A DNA stretch of 63,489 bases, filler included, from Reticulomyxa filosa (GCA_000512085.1; 10 parts of 10 records of this genome joined end to end with filler, not necessarily neighbours in it), one strand, 5' to 3'. Positions 38,225-52,420 are shown, counted from the first letter of the whole stretch. Made by a program: numbers and translations. Notes: generated from the sequence alone by a model not told the origin.

Positions 38225-39325
38225 ATGTGGAAGACGACAATTCTTTCGCTCTTATTATTTATCTTTTCGTTAGTCAGTGAACTAAACAACGTGCTCGTTA
38301 AAGACAAAGGAAACACATCAATACTTGATGTAGACACCGGCAAGAACATTTCAATTTCGGCCACTGCCGTTGAGTGTTTTATAATGATATAATGTATTGC
38401 TAATTTTATCTTATGAACAAAAAATAAAAACACAAACAATTGACCAGGAATTTGGAGCAACTTGGGTGTGGATGCATGGGAAATCAGAATCTAATAATTC
38501 GGATACAGATCAGATAGTAGCATATGCTCAGGCATACGACGAAATGTGCAGAAACGGCGACGGATCGCAGAGTTTTTGTAATTCATTGAAGGACTTGAAA
38601 TATAGTGGAAATGCGTATTATGCACTGGATACAATTGGAGTATTTTGTGCAAGTTGCTCATTGTTTTTTAGTTTGGTGATTTTGTGTGGACATAATATTG
38701 CGTATAGAGGTACGTATGAAGAGATGGAATCAAACACCGGTTGCAAGCAATGCATGCATAAACGCTGTGTCCCGAGCAAACATGTATTTTCGTACCAAAT
38801 TGTCGTCATGCTATTTTTGTTTGGATGTTTGGTGTGTCTGATCGCATCGATTTTGGTATTTATCAAAAGTTATATTCCCCATCTAGTTATTAAAAAAAAT
38901 TTATGCACCTATATTTATTTTTTGTAAAGCCTTTTTTTTGTGGTTAATTTTTTTTTAGACCCCTTTTTTTTTAATAGGAACAAGTATCAACCGATATATT
39001 CTTGTACTATTTCACAAGAGAGTCAGCGACAATGACCTGGAAAAAAGCTGAAGGTGGAAGTTCCATCTACTTGAATGTAGCTGCTATCTTCTGTTGTTTG
39101 ATCACCTTCCTTATCCTGGCGTGCTTGGAAATCTATCGCAAAGATGAAATGGATAACAATGATCTCACTCCTTTCGGACAAGTTCAAGAGGATTGCAAAC
39201 AGTGCATTTCTTGCTTAACCTGCCAAAGATGCCGAAAATCCTCTCGTAATGGTAATAAAACTGGTGATACGCATGAGTATGAGACTCCTGGAGATGGCAG
39301 TGATGATGAGGATCGTAGATTTTAA
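38225..39325 (+). CDS. Claudin/PMP22-like four-TM membrane protein, 3 exons
   Basis: MWKTTILSLLLFIFSL|EFGATWVW, a two-Cys extracellular loop (MCRNGDGSQSFC), three further TM segments and an acidic/Cys-rich tail. Confidence 0.6.
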
Positions 39326-39777
39326 AAACTACATGCTTTTTTTGTCAATATGAATATATAAAAAATTCGAGTTAAGAGGGGAAGAAACGATAAGGGACCC
39401 TCCAACATGAAACGGAACAAAATGATTTTTATTATTTTGTTGTTACCTGCTTTTTGTTTCTTTATTTTCAAATTTCCTTTTTTGCTTGTATGGAAACAAT
39501 TCTATCTTGGAGGCGGAACACTCGTTATAATCAAATTTTGATGACTATTGTCTCATTTTTAAATGTTTATTCTTATTAAAGTTCTAATATTTGCGAACAA
39601 GAAATTGAAAATAGAAACTTATGGACGTTTTTACAAAGAAGCGGCACTACAAAAAAAAAAAGCCTTACCAATCTCAAACGAAAGTTTTCGAAAGTTGACT
39701 TTAACAAACCAAACGACAATAGTTACAAATCAAAGGCATTTATGTTCACAAAACCACAAGACCCATAAACTTTTTCT

Positions 39778-42590
39778 TTAAAAAAGAAACGTAATTTTTT
39801 TGGGGCAATGTTTCGGCTTTAGCCAAGCCCAATGAAGCCTGGGATCTTTCTTCCTTTCTTTTTTTCGAGAGTTCTTTCCAGTGGCAATTACACTTGTGTT
39901 TTCAACGTTCATACCAGAAATGACTTGGCCCAGCTCTCTGTGCCTTTCCCGTAATTTTTCATTCCCAACAACTTTGAAGTACTCTTCAGCATTTTTATGG
40001 ATTTTCGCTCGTTGGGAATGCAACATTGACTCGTAGACTATATCTCGCAGAAAGCCATAAGCGAACCGATATGTAAAGTCTTCTGTGGACACAATTTCGG
40101 ATTCGATAGTGTTGGGAGTAGTTGTGGCAGTTTGATTTCCATCAAGCATTAATTGGGTTATCCTGTGGTTGTTTCCAGCAGTGCTATTGTTATCCATTTG
40201 ATTCTGTCTCATGGTTTGTTCTTTGATCTCTTCCAAAGCCAGTTCCTCCGGAGTTTTGATGAGATTTCCTTCCCCACGTTCGTAGCCGCTGATAGACTTT
40301 TCTTCATTGATTATGTGATCAACGCCTAAACTCGATGCAGGATACAAGGGGTTACCATTTGTGTTTCCATAAGCAGTGATGACACCAGACGTGGGCAGCA
40401 CCTTTGTGGAATGCAATGGAGTACTACTGCTCATATCAGGACTACGAATGATAGGACTGTTGACAGCAGACGAAGTAGTAGTAGTACCGACATTGGGGTC
40501 AGTCACGCGATACGTATTATTGCCGCGGGTGGTGGCGTCGAGAAACAGGCGGAACCATTCGTCGATGTCACCTTTTTCCTGTTTGGACATGCCTTGCAAT
40601 ACATACTTTTTGCCATTCTTTCGCGTGTGTTTGATGGTGATAGTGATCTCATCGTTTCGTTTCAGCTGCAAAATGTTGTCCCCAAACACAATATGTCCCC
40701 GAGGTTTTTGATCTGAATCCAAGTCTGCAAACCAATACAATGTGCGATCTTTGAACACAAAGTAGCGAGTTTCATTTCTTCGAATGCCTTTTTTTTTTTG
40801 ATGAGTGTGCCCCTTTTGTACGGAGTTCCAGGCAACGCCTCTTGGAATAGTTCGGCTTTTGTGGGCAGTCGCGAGCGAGGCATGTCATTGCCGACACTTT
40901 TGCGGGGGATGCCTTCGGTTCCGTCATTGTCACTAAGCATGCGAGGACTGCCATTCACTCGCGACTGAATCTCCGTGTCGTCATCCGACGAGTTCATCGC
41001 CGACTCATTGTCTTGCGTGGGGTAGTCAGTATACGTATTGTTGCTCTGATTCGAGACCGTGGAGTCCCATCGTCGATGTTTGATTGCGGTCGACCCCACT
41101 CCGGCATGATTGAAGATCGAGGTGCGATACCCTCCAAACGACCTCTCTTTCCATCGCGACACCGTTCCACCGACGCCCTGAGTTGCGCTTGTTACATTGG
41201 TTAGAGGTACTGTCGTCGTTGTCGTTGTCGTCATCGCCATCGCAGTAGTCGCAGTAGTCGCAGTAGTCGCAGTAGTCGCAGTAGTCGCATTCATAGTTGC
41301 CACCGTCGCTAGCGGCGCTGAGTGCGAGGCGGTAATAACACTACCTGCATTGGATCGCGTTTCGGGTAAAGCCAAAGGGAAATTGATCACGCTTCCTCCA
41401 CCACCATTGTCATCCTCGTCCAAGTGAATAAACTTCATCATGCATAACACTTTCATCGTGCTGTGAAGATGCGCCACGGCTCGGAACTCTTCCACTGGAT
41501 GCACTGCGCGGACGACGCTTTCGCGCACTCGGAGCGAGCGGTATCCTTCGGCCACACATAGCGACGCGCACGTCTTTAGACACAGAGATTGCTCCGGCGA
41601 CAGCACATCCAACTGACGAAGAGTCACTCCCAAAATCTCAGATGGAATCGGAAATCGCAACATGTGCGGCTGCGGCGTGTTGTCAATCCAACTTTTCAAA
41701 CGCAAGCGTCGCTCCTCGCGCTCTCGCATTTCCTCAAATTCTAATAAATCGTTTGCATGGTCTTTCAACAACTCCACAAATGATTTGCTAAATCCAGGTC
41801 GACCTTGTCATTCATTTCAACCAATCAAAATTAATTAATTGTATTGTTTAAAAAAAAAAAATGTATATGTGTACATATATGTATGTATATGTGTACATAT
41901 ATGTATATATAAATATATAATACGTACCACCACATTGACGATGAACCAACTCGACCAATGCTGGCGATACGTCTCGAATGGAACCGAATTGCGTTTTAAT
42001 AAAAGCCTTTGTCTTTTGCTCTCCCCACGCATGTGGGATCAACTTGTTATCTTTTGCGTAGTCCAAACGTAGCTTTTGATACTCTTCGACCAAATGGTTT
42101 GGAATGAAATGCGGCCTGTAGCGGGCGTTGTCCATTGGCTGCGAGCTTATGAACACACTCACTTGCTGCAACACGCCCTCGCGGATGTGGCTGCACATGC
42201 GCCGAGTTAGATCCCAATCGTCCTCACGCAGCCACTGGAACTGGTCGATCACAATGACGATCGGACGATAGCGCGGCGTCGCCCATTCCAGCAAACATAG
42301 CACAAGGTCGTACAACGCAAGTTTTATTTTCACTTTCGTGTCTTTCAATCGGTATGCCAAGCTAAAGCAATATTCTGAGCCTTCCAGCTGTTCTTTCGTC
42401 CCAATATCTGTCCGTAATCATTGCAAAAAAAAAAAAAATTATGTATATGTATATACGTATACATATTATGTACGTATATGTTAGTCTTACCGATTAATTC
42501 ATTCAATAAGAACAGCCAATAGGACAAATCAGGACGTCTTTTGGCAACATACTGAGCAAAGCTTTTTCGTTGGAAGGATTTTTCATCTGA
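39778..42590 (-). CDS. C-terminal part of an ADCY10/soluble-cyclase-type STAND NTPase with an inserted PH domain; 5'-truncated, poly-A frameshift at ~40789-40799
   Basis: Walker-B-like IVIVIDQFQW, HRQCGG|RPGF, IPSEILGVTLRQLDVLSPEQSLCLKTCA and YRFAYGFLRDIVYESMLHSQRAKIH. PH segment KRGTLIKK..RYFVFKDRTLYWF..KPRGHI..DEWFRLF. The cyclase domain is not visible. Confidence 0.75.
41241..41289. repeat. 9-bp tandem repeat (CGCAGTAGT)x5 encoding Thr-Ala-Thr repeats on the minus strand
   Basis: Directly visible. Confidence 0.9.
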
Positions 42591-42781
42591 GATCAACACA
42601 AACAATGAATGAAAAGCAAAGCAAATACACACCACATACACATGTCTATGTACACATCTCGCTAATGCAAAAAAAAAAAAANNNNNNNNNNNNNNNNNNN
42701 NNNNNNNNNNNNNNNNNNNNNNNNNTTAATTAATTAANNNNNNNNNNNNNNNNNNNNNNNNNNNNNNNNNNNNNNNNNNNN

Positions 42782-42819
<38 letters not shown>

Positions 42820-42821
<2 letters not shown>

Positions 42822-43362
42822 AGCTCATCTTTCTTCTGTGTTCAATGCACAGAGTTCCTCCAATTTGAGTGTGTGGAAAAGCATCGCGCCTTTTAATAAT
42901 GGATACGATCGTTGTCAATGTGGAGTGCTTCACGATCCCTATGCCAATCGTTTGGTTGTTGCGGGTGGCTTTAGCGAACGCAATGAAGCAAACAAATCAC
43001 AATACTCGGTTGTGGAAGAATACGATATCTACAAAAACTGTTGGTACAGACTACCCGATTTAAATTTAGGAGATAGTGGTACTCTGCCATATGAGTACTA
43101 TCCAAAACTGTTTCTGCAAAATGATCTCGACTACAAGAGCAATTCGTTTCATTACGATAATCAAGAGATTTGCGGCTGTAACATATGCAGGCAACTCATG
43201 CATTATGTTATCTGCATTGTGGGAAGCTCTATCTATCATCCCAACAAATTAGTCTGCGAATACTTTGATAGGAGAGATTCTAGAAACCGATGGAATATTT
43301 TGGAAATCCCCCGCCTTCAGACTCACCCCGATCAACAATTTCGTTTTTTGTTCCAAACTTAA
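42820..43362 (+). CDS. Kelch-repeat protein, C-terminal exon
   Basis: WKSIAPF, LVVAGG, VEEYDIYKNCWYRLPDL and CEYFDRRD...W show the kelch GG/Y/W pattern. 5'-truncated at the spacer. Confidence 0.75.
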
Positions 43363-43874
43363 TTTGTCAGTGTTCTTTTTTTCTTTTTCTTGAAGCAAAA
43401 CAACACACAAGTACGTGGTTACTCTTACCTTCCGTGTTGCGTTTACTTTTTTGGGTTTTTTTTTGCTATCTTTTTTTTTGTGATGATAAACCTGAATAAA
43501 TTAACAAAAACTAATACAATAAAAAATGGTGAGCACAAAAATTTCAGTTTTTTGCATGAGAAAATGGTTGAGAAAAAAAAAACTACTGCAATTGTTCTAT
43601 CGAATATACATCATTTTTGGATATTTGAAAAGAATCGAGCCTGTTTCATTAACACGTAAAAAAGTAATATGCAAAAACGATGTCTTAATGTGATAAAAGT
43701 TGCTGTGTCTGAAAAACTAGGATAGTAATATGAAAATACATTTCGTAATATCAGTCACAAGCATGTGACCAAAGAAGAAGATTGCTTCTGCTTGATCACC
43801 GTATTTTTTTTTTTTTGTGTGTCGGCGTATTAGATGGTGTGTGCCCTGAATGTTACATAAAAAAAATGGCGTGC

Positions 43875-45238
43875 CTAAAAGCGTTTCAAAACCATTCCCC
43901 TTTGAAAGTTGAGTCTTTCCACCATCCGTTTGTTGATGAATGGCAAAAATCCAGCAATCATCCAGCATAGATCCCAACTCACAGTTCCCGACAAGTCCGA
44001 GGGATCCTCTTTTAACATTTTGTACTTTTCGACAAACAGATGCAGTAGATTTGCTATAAATCTTTTTCGAGTTAAAAAATTGGATTTGCTTGCATCAATC
44101 AGCGTATAAATATTGCCGTGTCCCTGTTTGAGAAAGTCGCTTTGATACCATTCGTCATCGACGAAAGCGCCACTGCACAGGCACTCATTCAGCAAGTTTA
44201 AGTCCTTTTCGCTTTCTCGGTGTCGCATTGCACGCATTTGAGTGACAAACGAGGTCAAATAGAACACGCATCCCCCGTCATTAAATGGTGCAAAACATCC
44301 TTTTTTTTTTTTTGAAAGACCCCCCCCCCCCCTTCCCCTCTTTCATCAGCATTCGTAGCAATATAATTTGAATATAAAATTCTTTTCTTTTTTATTTGTT
44401 ATGTTATGTTCCTCCTCTATCTCTCCTGGTGAAAATAATAAACAATGAACACACCTAAGTAAAGCAAAGCATGGATACATTTTTCATGTCCCAACAAACA
44501 GGCATGTCCAAGGAAAGACAGCCGTCGTGCTTTCGAAGTGTAAGTCACCGGAAACATGATTTTGAAACGGTCTTCGACCACATATTGTCCAGATTGAGTT
44601 TCTGCAAACACTTGTTTGGGTTTACTGATCAGTTCATTGTCGCACATTTTTTTGACGAGCGCATGAATTTTTGGGATCATTGTTTTCATCGCATTTCCAT
44701 CGATAATGCCACCATCTTCATCTTCCACATCTTCATATCCGCCATTCACGTCAAAGTCATAATTCATCTCCACATAGGGACTAAATGCTCCCAGCAACAA
44801 TGTCAGACATCTGGCGTCATCCAATGCTATCAAATATGCAATTGTCGCATACAAATGTGCCTTTTGATATTCCAGGTACATCTCCAGCTGCTCAAACAAT
44901 TCTCTTGTATTATTTTTTGATACCACATCCCAATCAAGGTACCTTTCGCACAAATCACGCAGGTATTCGTGTATCGTCGCAAGGTTTTCGTCACACCACT
45001 TTTCAAAGTGCTTCAGCTTTGTTGCTCCGCACACGCAAGTCGTCATGTCTCGATCGTTTGTTGACCCACAACTGTCATTTAGGTTGTTCATTTCTTTTTT
45101 TTTGTTTTGTTTGATTTGGTTTGGTTTTTTTTTTTTTTTTTTGGCGTTGTCAAAAACAAATAGCATCGAGGGATATGCACATATAAAGAGATAAAATGAA
45201 ATTAACCTATCACATTGCCACCGGGATCGTTTTGACAT
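43875..45238 (-). CDS. Uncharacterised multi-exon protein with an ankyrin-like repeat
   Basis: Coding-like ORFs 44457-45091 and 43875-44300 separated by an intron. FLGHACLLGHEKCIHALLYLG resembles an ankyrin repeat. The start is uncertain. Confidence 0.55.
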
Positions 45239-47068
45239 TTTTTGACAGATGGATTCGGACGCAAAGTATTTGACTTTTTTTGATGTAGCTTTCTTAAAGT
45301 TCCTGCCAGCAAAAAAAAATCTGGGCACACTCTGTGCTCAGCCAAGAGTTGTTACAATACTTTGTTTTTTGCAAGTAATATGCAATTCTTCTCTTTATTC
45401 TTTAAGAATCCAGATTCCTCGCTGCATTTAGATGTTGTTTTAGAATTAACAAATTTTTTTATTGGTCTTTTAGTTCTATATTAATTTTAAGAAAGAAAAA
45501 AAAGGTTTCAATTTGGTGTCATCATTTGTTCTTTAACAACTTTTTCAATTTATTTACGTTTTTGCGTCTGGGCTGTGTCCCTTTGGGGGGTCAAACATTC
45601 GTCTAAAAAAAAATATAACAACGTCAAATCAAAATAGCTAGTTCGTTTTTTTATCAATATAATTTGTCGAAAAGCCTTTTTGTAAAAGCAATATTACTTC
45701 AAATAAATAAATGTCCAAACACAACAAAAAAAGCAATAAGCCAGTACTGACAAAGACATCGCGCTTGAACCGAAATTAGAAACGATAAAAAACTCAAAGA
45801 AAATAAACGAAACAAGTGTAATCAATTGTAAAAATAATGAGGATGAAAATAAATACAAGTTGGATGAAAACATTGATTATACTGTTGAACATACTGACAA
45901 TATATATTAATAATATAAAAGGAAAATGAATTTAGTGAGACGAAGGAACAATGAAAACAAAGAGCAAATCAAGACAAAAACGAATGAAAATTGACAAAAA
46001 AAGACACTGTACTACCAAAAATTTAATTTGAATGAAAACAGCCAACTAATGTCTGGTTTTTGAAATTGTATAAAATGTGCAATTACTAAATTGACATTGA
46101 CACAAATTTTGTTTGATGTTGAAAATACTATCAATATAAATAAATTAATTTTAATTTTAATAAAAATATATTTAAGTAAATAATAATTATAAGTTATTTA
46201 GAAAAGATTATCTTTTTAATTATGTAAATTAAAACAATGATTTCTTCATTATCAATGACAGTAATGTACGCTAAATTACTGTACATAACATGTATAGTTA
46301 TTGCAATAGAATGAATGATTATATTCATATAATTAAATTAATTAGTACACATAAACATATATAAATTAATAAATAAATAATATTTTATTGATTTAGGTCA
46401 AATATATTATTTAACATTTCATGAATAACACTTTTTATTTTTAATTTTTTGTTTTTTTTATAGCTAAAAAAAATTAAATATAAAAAAAAATTATATTATT
46501 GACAGATACTGAAATATTTAATTACAAATCGATACAGTGGCAAAAAGTGTGATATAATTAAAAAGTATGCTTTAGTGAAAATATATCATCAGTTTCACCG
46601 GACTCCTTAAGTTATTAATGAATCGCACCATGTGATATTTTATTGCTTTTTAAAATATCAAAAGCGGTTTATTCAAAATAAAAGTAATAAACATGATTGT
46701 GTCTTAAAGTTCTGAATTTTTCAATTTTTTTGACTTTGCTTTTATCAAAAACTAGAAATTTGTAATTTGCAAACGAGTACTTACATTTTCTATAAATTCT
46801 TTCCAAACTCATAACGAATATTATCATATATCATAAAGAGAACTGCTATTTTGATTGAAAAGTTTAGCCAAAGAATTGTATGATTGTAGAACAAACTGCC
46901 TTAAAAGGGTATAGACTTGCATTGTTGAGAAAACACTTAACAATTTTTTCATCTTGAAATCCAAAAAANNNNNNNNNNNNNNNNNNNNNNNNNNNNNNNN
47001 NNNNNNNNNNNNTTAATTAATTAANNNNNNNNNNNNNNNNNNNNNNNNNNNNNNNNNNNNNNNNNNNN

Positions 47069-47103
<35 letters not shown>

Positions 47104-47104
<1 letters not shown>

Positions 47105-48366
47105 TGACATTGAAAGTTTTCGTAAAGATCCCAACAAAGCGCAAAAAATAATTGGCGTCGCGTTTCAAAACATGCCTCGTGGTGAAAACATTGGCTTTAT
47201 AATTCCAACACCAGTGATTGACCACTTCTTAGGTGATATCAACAAGTTTGGGACGTATAAGGGCTTTTGTCGATTGGGTGCAAATTATCAGCCGTTGACG
47301 GACACGTACTGCGTTCACGAGTTCTTTGGAATGGACAAACACACGAGGAAGCCGCCGCTGGGTGGTATATTGATCACCAAAATACATGAACATACTCCTG
47401 CGTCTGGAAAATTGCAGCCTTATGATATTGTAACACAAATTGACGGACGTGACGTGTCCAACGACGGTATGACCAAATTTCAAGATGATGGCTGTGTCGC
47501 AATGGAACATTGGATTACCGAAAAGTTTGAGGATGACGTATTGCCGTTGCAAGTGTTTCGTCAGGGGAAATTCCAATCCATCGAAGTTCAAATGAAAGTG
47601 TGTGAATTGGTAGTGCCCGTGCATCGGTTTGAAAAGCACAGTTCGTATTACATTTTCGGCGGATGTGTGTTCATACCACTTACACAACCCTATTTGCATA
47701 CTTGGGGGGAGACGTGGTATCAAGACGCCCCACGAGATCTGCTTTCCGCTGCCTTCAAAGGGGACATTGCCGATCCACTCAACGTCTCGGAACTGGTCAT
47801 TGTTTCCACGGTCTTGCCACATACCATAAATATGGGCTGCTCATTGTCTGTCTGCTTGTGTTTTTTTTCCTTCCCCCCCCCCTCTTTTAATTCAATCTCT
47901 CTGGCTTTTGTTACGTAACGGAGTCAGATTCGTCATGCTATCAACACATGCAACTTAAATAGCCGCTGCAACACTTTGCTGAAAAAAGTTGGCGATGTGG
48001 AGATTCGATCGTTGTCCCATTTGAAGCAGGTCCTTGAGTCACACGTATTAAATGGTGACAAACTAATTGATTTTTACTTTAAAGAGGGTGCTATGATGGT
48101 GCTACCTGTTCAACAAAGTTTGGAGTCAGAACCACAGTTGCTTAAACGACACCGAATTCCCGATAGACAATCGCCAGATTTACTTTTATACGACACGTAT
48201 TGTTCCATTTTGTTTGTTTAAAAAATATTTTGCTCATTTCTTTTTTTTTTTTTTAATGAATAGGCCTGAATTTGAACAAAAGTTGAACGATATTTATGAA
48301 CAGTTTTTCAAACGTGAAGAATCTGATAAAAAACCAACGCTGCAACCTCTGGCTGATGCAGAATAA
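47104..48366 (+). CDS. Deg/HtrA serine protease (plant Deg2/Deg9/Deg10-like), C-terminal portion with PDZ domains
   Basis: IGVAFQ..ENIGFIIPTPVIDHFL, LQPYDIVTQIDG..VSNDG, SYYIFGGCVFIPLTQPYL and ELVIVSTVL. The catalytic triad is lost at the spacer. Confidence 0.9.
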
Positions 48367-49149
48367 TCAAAAATGTCCTAAAAGAAATTTTAAAAAATAA
48401 AATAAAACATAAAGAATAAATCGAATTTCAAGTTTGTGCTATATTTATGATGAGTGATGCTTTTCAAATTGCAATTCATGATCAACTCTTTACTCATGAA
48501 AAAAATTGAAAAAACAATTACTATCTTTTTTGGACAAAATCTGTCACTATTTGTTCGTTTACAATATGCAATGGAAAACAGATCTCGTTACAAAATTTAT
48601 CATAAAGTTACTATATTCCAAGTCTTTCAATAGCACAACCATTATATGTTCTTAATTATAAAATCAGTGTCCATTCAGTATCTGAAGACTAAAAGGATGT
48701 GGATGTGCTTTAAAAAATGATTTTGAACAAATGTTGACTTTTGTGGGGTCCGTCAAAAAGAAAAAATTTTATCACTTAATCATCTAGTCGTTCTTTGAAA
48801 AATCTTGATCAATCTGTTTCATAGTATAGTTAAAGAATATCACTATAAGTGATATGATGTTAATAAACGGAAAAAGAAACAACTATCTGATAATGAAAAT
48901 GATTACGTGTAAATAGTATCAACATAACAGTAAAGACAAAAGATCGAATTTAAAGTGAATCAATTAGAAAAAATGTTTGAAAGTAATGATGAAGAAGCAA
49001 TATACAAAGAAAATAAATTAAAATCTATTTAAATGATAAAAAAGAATGATGAAGTAAATGAAGATAATGTTTGGAAAAAAAAGCAGAAAAATTATACGAC
49101 AATTTCTTCGTACAAATTTCACAACATTCGTCATTATTATTATTATTTA

Positions 49150-50180
49150 AATTGTCTTTAATTCGTTTATGAATTAGATTCAAATTATATCAGGCCAAAA
49201 AACAAAGAACACGATCAACAAGTTGGATAACTCTTTATGTCGACTTGTCAAAAAGTGTTTAACTTCATATCTAGAAGAAATTTTAAATTGATTTAATAAC
49301 GTACAAATCAAACAACTTGTGCAAAATGATTCTAAAGGTGATATTGAAGTAAGTTTGTAGCACCAAAATGATGCATATTTCAAAATCAAATGAACTACAC
49401 AAATTACGCAAGAATGTTCATCAATTGAAAAGAAATTTTAGAAACTATAGAACATCAGAAAACTATAAAAAATACAATGAAGCAACTCGATTATTTAAAC
49501 AAATACTTTAATTTGAAAAAAATTATACTTTACAAAAAGTATATAGTCGCTACATGAAAAAAATACTAGAAAATGTTTTTTCAGTTCATGTTATTGAATT
49601 CAAATAAAATTGCAATAATTCAATCATTAATAATTCCAGTAAAAGATGAAGCAACAGATTCAATTATTGAAACTGGTTTGCTCAACAACAGTACCAATAT
49701 CATTATTGTCATGAGTGAAATTTATGAAAGAATTATAACAATTAGATTAATAAAATATTTAAATGAAAATCAAATGTTGCAATAAACCAAGCAAGGATTC
49801 AATTTTTGCATAATAAATCTGAACTGCTTTTACTTATAGCAGAATCAATTAATGCATCATTTGATAAAAATGTAGTAACATATGCAGCAATGTTAGATAG
49901 TTCGTCAGCATATGACAGTGTTTGGCGTGATAGCCTACACTACAAAATGAGAAATGAATTTAATCTTTGTGATAGATTATACTAGTGGATTGACAGATTT
50001 CTGTCGGAAAGATTATAACGTGTTGTCCTAAATAGTACTAATTTATCAATATACAATTTCAACACTGTAGTATATCAATGGTCATCATTATCATTATTAT
50101 TGTTTCTACTTTACATTAACGATATTCAAGATGTCAATGAACAAATACAATGTGGACTGTCTGCAGGCGATGTTGCATTT
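49150..50180 (+). mobile_element. Decayed non-LTR retrotransposon (LINE) reverse transcriptase fragment
   Basis: EIYERIITIRL, AMLDSSSAYDSVWRDSL, WIDRFLSERL*RVVLN and YQWSSLSLLLFLLYINDI...SAGDVA (degenerate YADD), with several stops. Confidence 0.88.
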
Positions 50181-50634
50181 TTTTGTATTATAGACTTCTT
50201 TTTTTGTTTTGTTTGCCAAACTATTTTTTTTTCTTTTGCATCGGGTGTAGTAGCAGTGATCTTTGTACTTTTATTTTCAAAAAAAAGCAAAGCTGAAAGA
50301 GGGAACAAACATATAGAGCGAACTAACTGAAGCAACCCAATTTATGACCAAATGATATCTTTTTTGATTGGATATGTCCCATATGATCTAAATTATTTAA
50401 AAAAGCTATTTATTGGATTGCAACTCTAATTTTTTAAAAATTTGGATTTTATTTTGTGTGAAAATGAATTAATATTTATTTTATAAAAAATAAATAAACA
50501 ATCAAAATTCAATTCCTAAAAGAGCTTCAAAATCCTTTTTGTTTTATTGTCTTCTCAAAATTTGCAAAACAGTTGATAAAAAGACGTTTGTTACAAATGG
50601 TTCTATTCTTACTGTTTTAAAATATTTTACAAAA

Positions 50635-51165
50635 ATGTCAAAAACAACGTTCAAGCTGCCAGACAAAAAAAAGTGAATACGTGGTGCATTTTTCATTTTA
50701 TGATAAATTAGAAAATTGCCATGTTAACCGTCAAATATTGCGGGGTTTGTACTTTCCCGCCAGAATATTGTCGCTATAGTTCTCAATATAAAGATTGTCT
50801 CAAATGGCTGAAAAAAAACGATCCAGAATCCTATCAAGAGCTTTGTGGTAATGAATTTCCTCTTGTTGTTCTTCTCCAAAGCGAAGCAAAATAAGCCGCA
50901 GTAATGGCGAATAACCGTGTTGTGTGTGTCAAATGTATCAGTGAGAGACGCGGACATAATATCACCCTTTCAATCCGAGTTGGCCGAGTCCAAAGATGAA
51001 ACGGAAGAGATGCCTCTTCAAGAGGAGCCAAAACCTCCAAAGTCAATTTTAAAGACAAACAAAAACGACGAAAAAAATAAAGCTGACACAAATGAGGCCG
51101 AAAAGGTGGATGCAGCGAGCAAGTCTTCAAAAGCAAAGGATGCAAAGAATGTTAAATTTCAACAG
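50635..51165 (+). CDS. DENR: Density-regulated protein DENR/Tma22, N-terminal exons (SUI1 domain lost at the spacer)
   Basis: The second exon (from ~50712) reads VKYCGVCTFPPEYC...KDCLKWLKKNDPESY, the DENR zinc-binding motif, followed by a charged linker exon. Not in the supplied ORF track. Confidence 0.88.
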
Positions 51166-51310
51166 TTGTGAACTTTTTTTTTTTTTTTTTTTTTTTTTAA
51201 GAAAAAAAAANNNNNNNNNNNNNNNNNNNNNNNNNNNNNNNNNNNNNNNNNNNNTTAATTAATTAANNNNNNNNNNNNNNNNNNNNNNNNNNNNNNNNNN
51301 NNNNNNNNNN

Positions 51311-52420
51311 ACGTTGCGAATATGCGCACGCACACGACGAGTTTTGATTATTGTTCTGCACCCACACTATTTCTATAACGACGGGTTTCACTTGTTGGCG
51401 CAAATAGACCACAGTTCAACTTCTTCTTTGGTAATGTTCTGCGCCAAGGGTTATCCGCATAGACTTGTGTGCGCCTACGTTGATGGCAAACAAGTCCTTA
51501 CCAATGTTTCGCGCTGGCATTGCCAGACATTGTCGAATTTGTTCAGCCTTTTCCATTGGTGTGCGATACGAGAAGGCAGTCCACGCCCGCGAATGGCGAA
51601 TTTGCGCGTTTCCAGGCATTAACCGAAATTTCATCCCCAAACTCAGCAAAGCCGACCGACGTGTTTTTTCCTTTTAAAAACAAGTCCAACGCTATATGCT
51701 TGGAAACCATTTCTTTCATCGACCTCCTATGTCTGGCAGTGTCTTGGTGCGAGTTTCGCAAAACTACTCAATCGATTTGAGCCAATATCACATCGAACGG
51801 TTCTTCTGACGTAGTGGTTTGCTTGATCCAATGTTGATTCTTTTCTAACAACTTCCTCGTCCTTTTCTTCACTCGCTTTTCACTTTCTCGTACGTCCAGT
51901 TGCTGCCACCATTGTGATATCATAATGCCGATATCATTTTCACTTGCGCGATGTCATAATCTTTTTTTTCTTTTTGGCGAGCTCGCTTCATATTCTGACG
52001 GCACCAAGATAAATGTTGTTCGCATTGATATAATAGAATCTCGCCAAACTGTTCCAACTCAATATCGCGAATGTTCCCAGTACAAAGTCCATCGACCTTT
52101 TGGAATAAATGCGATTATTTTCAATAAATCCAACGTTTGCACTCGCTGTATTTTCCCAACACTTGAAGAAACTCAAATCGCCAATCCAAACTATTGAGTC
52201 GCACATAACAAGTCTAAATTTGCACACAATGACATACAAAGTTGCGCATACGCGCACGTACACGACTAATTTTGACAAGCGACCAGTCTCAGACTTAATT
52301 GTTTGTCATCCATAACGTTGGCGCAATTTCCACTACAATTTAGCTTGATTCACTTGTTCGTCCTGTCGCTGCTGCTGTTGTTGTTGTCGCTGCTGATGTT
52401 CTTCTTCTCACACTTCTTCT
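51311..52420 (-). pseudogene. Disrupted coding-like sequence (pseudogene or low-quality contig), family unknown
   Basis: GC-elevated, with protein-like stretches (EEEHQQRQQQ, ISQWWQQLDVRESEKRV, FSYRTPMEKAEQIRQC) broken by stops and frame changes. Confidence 0.45.
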
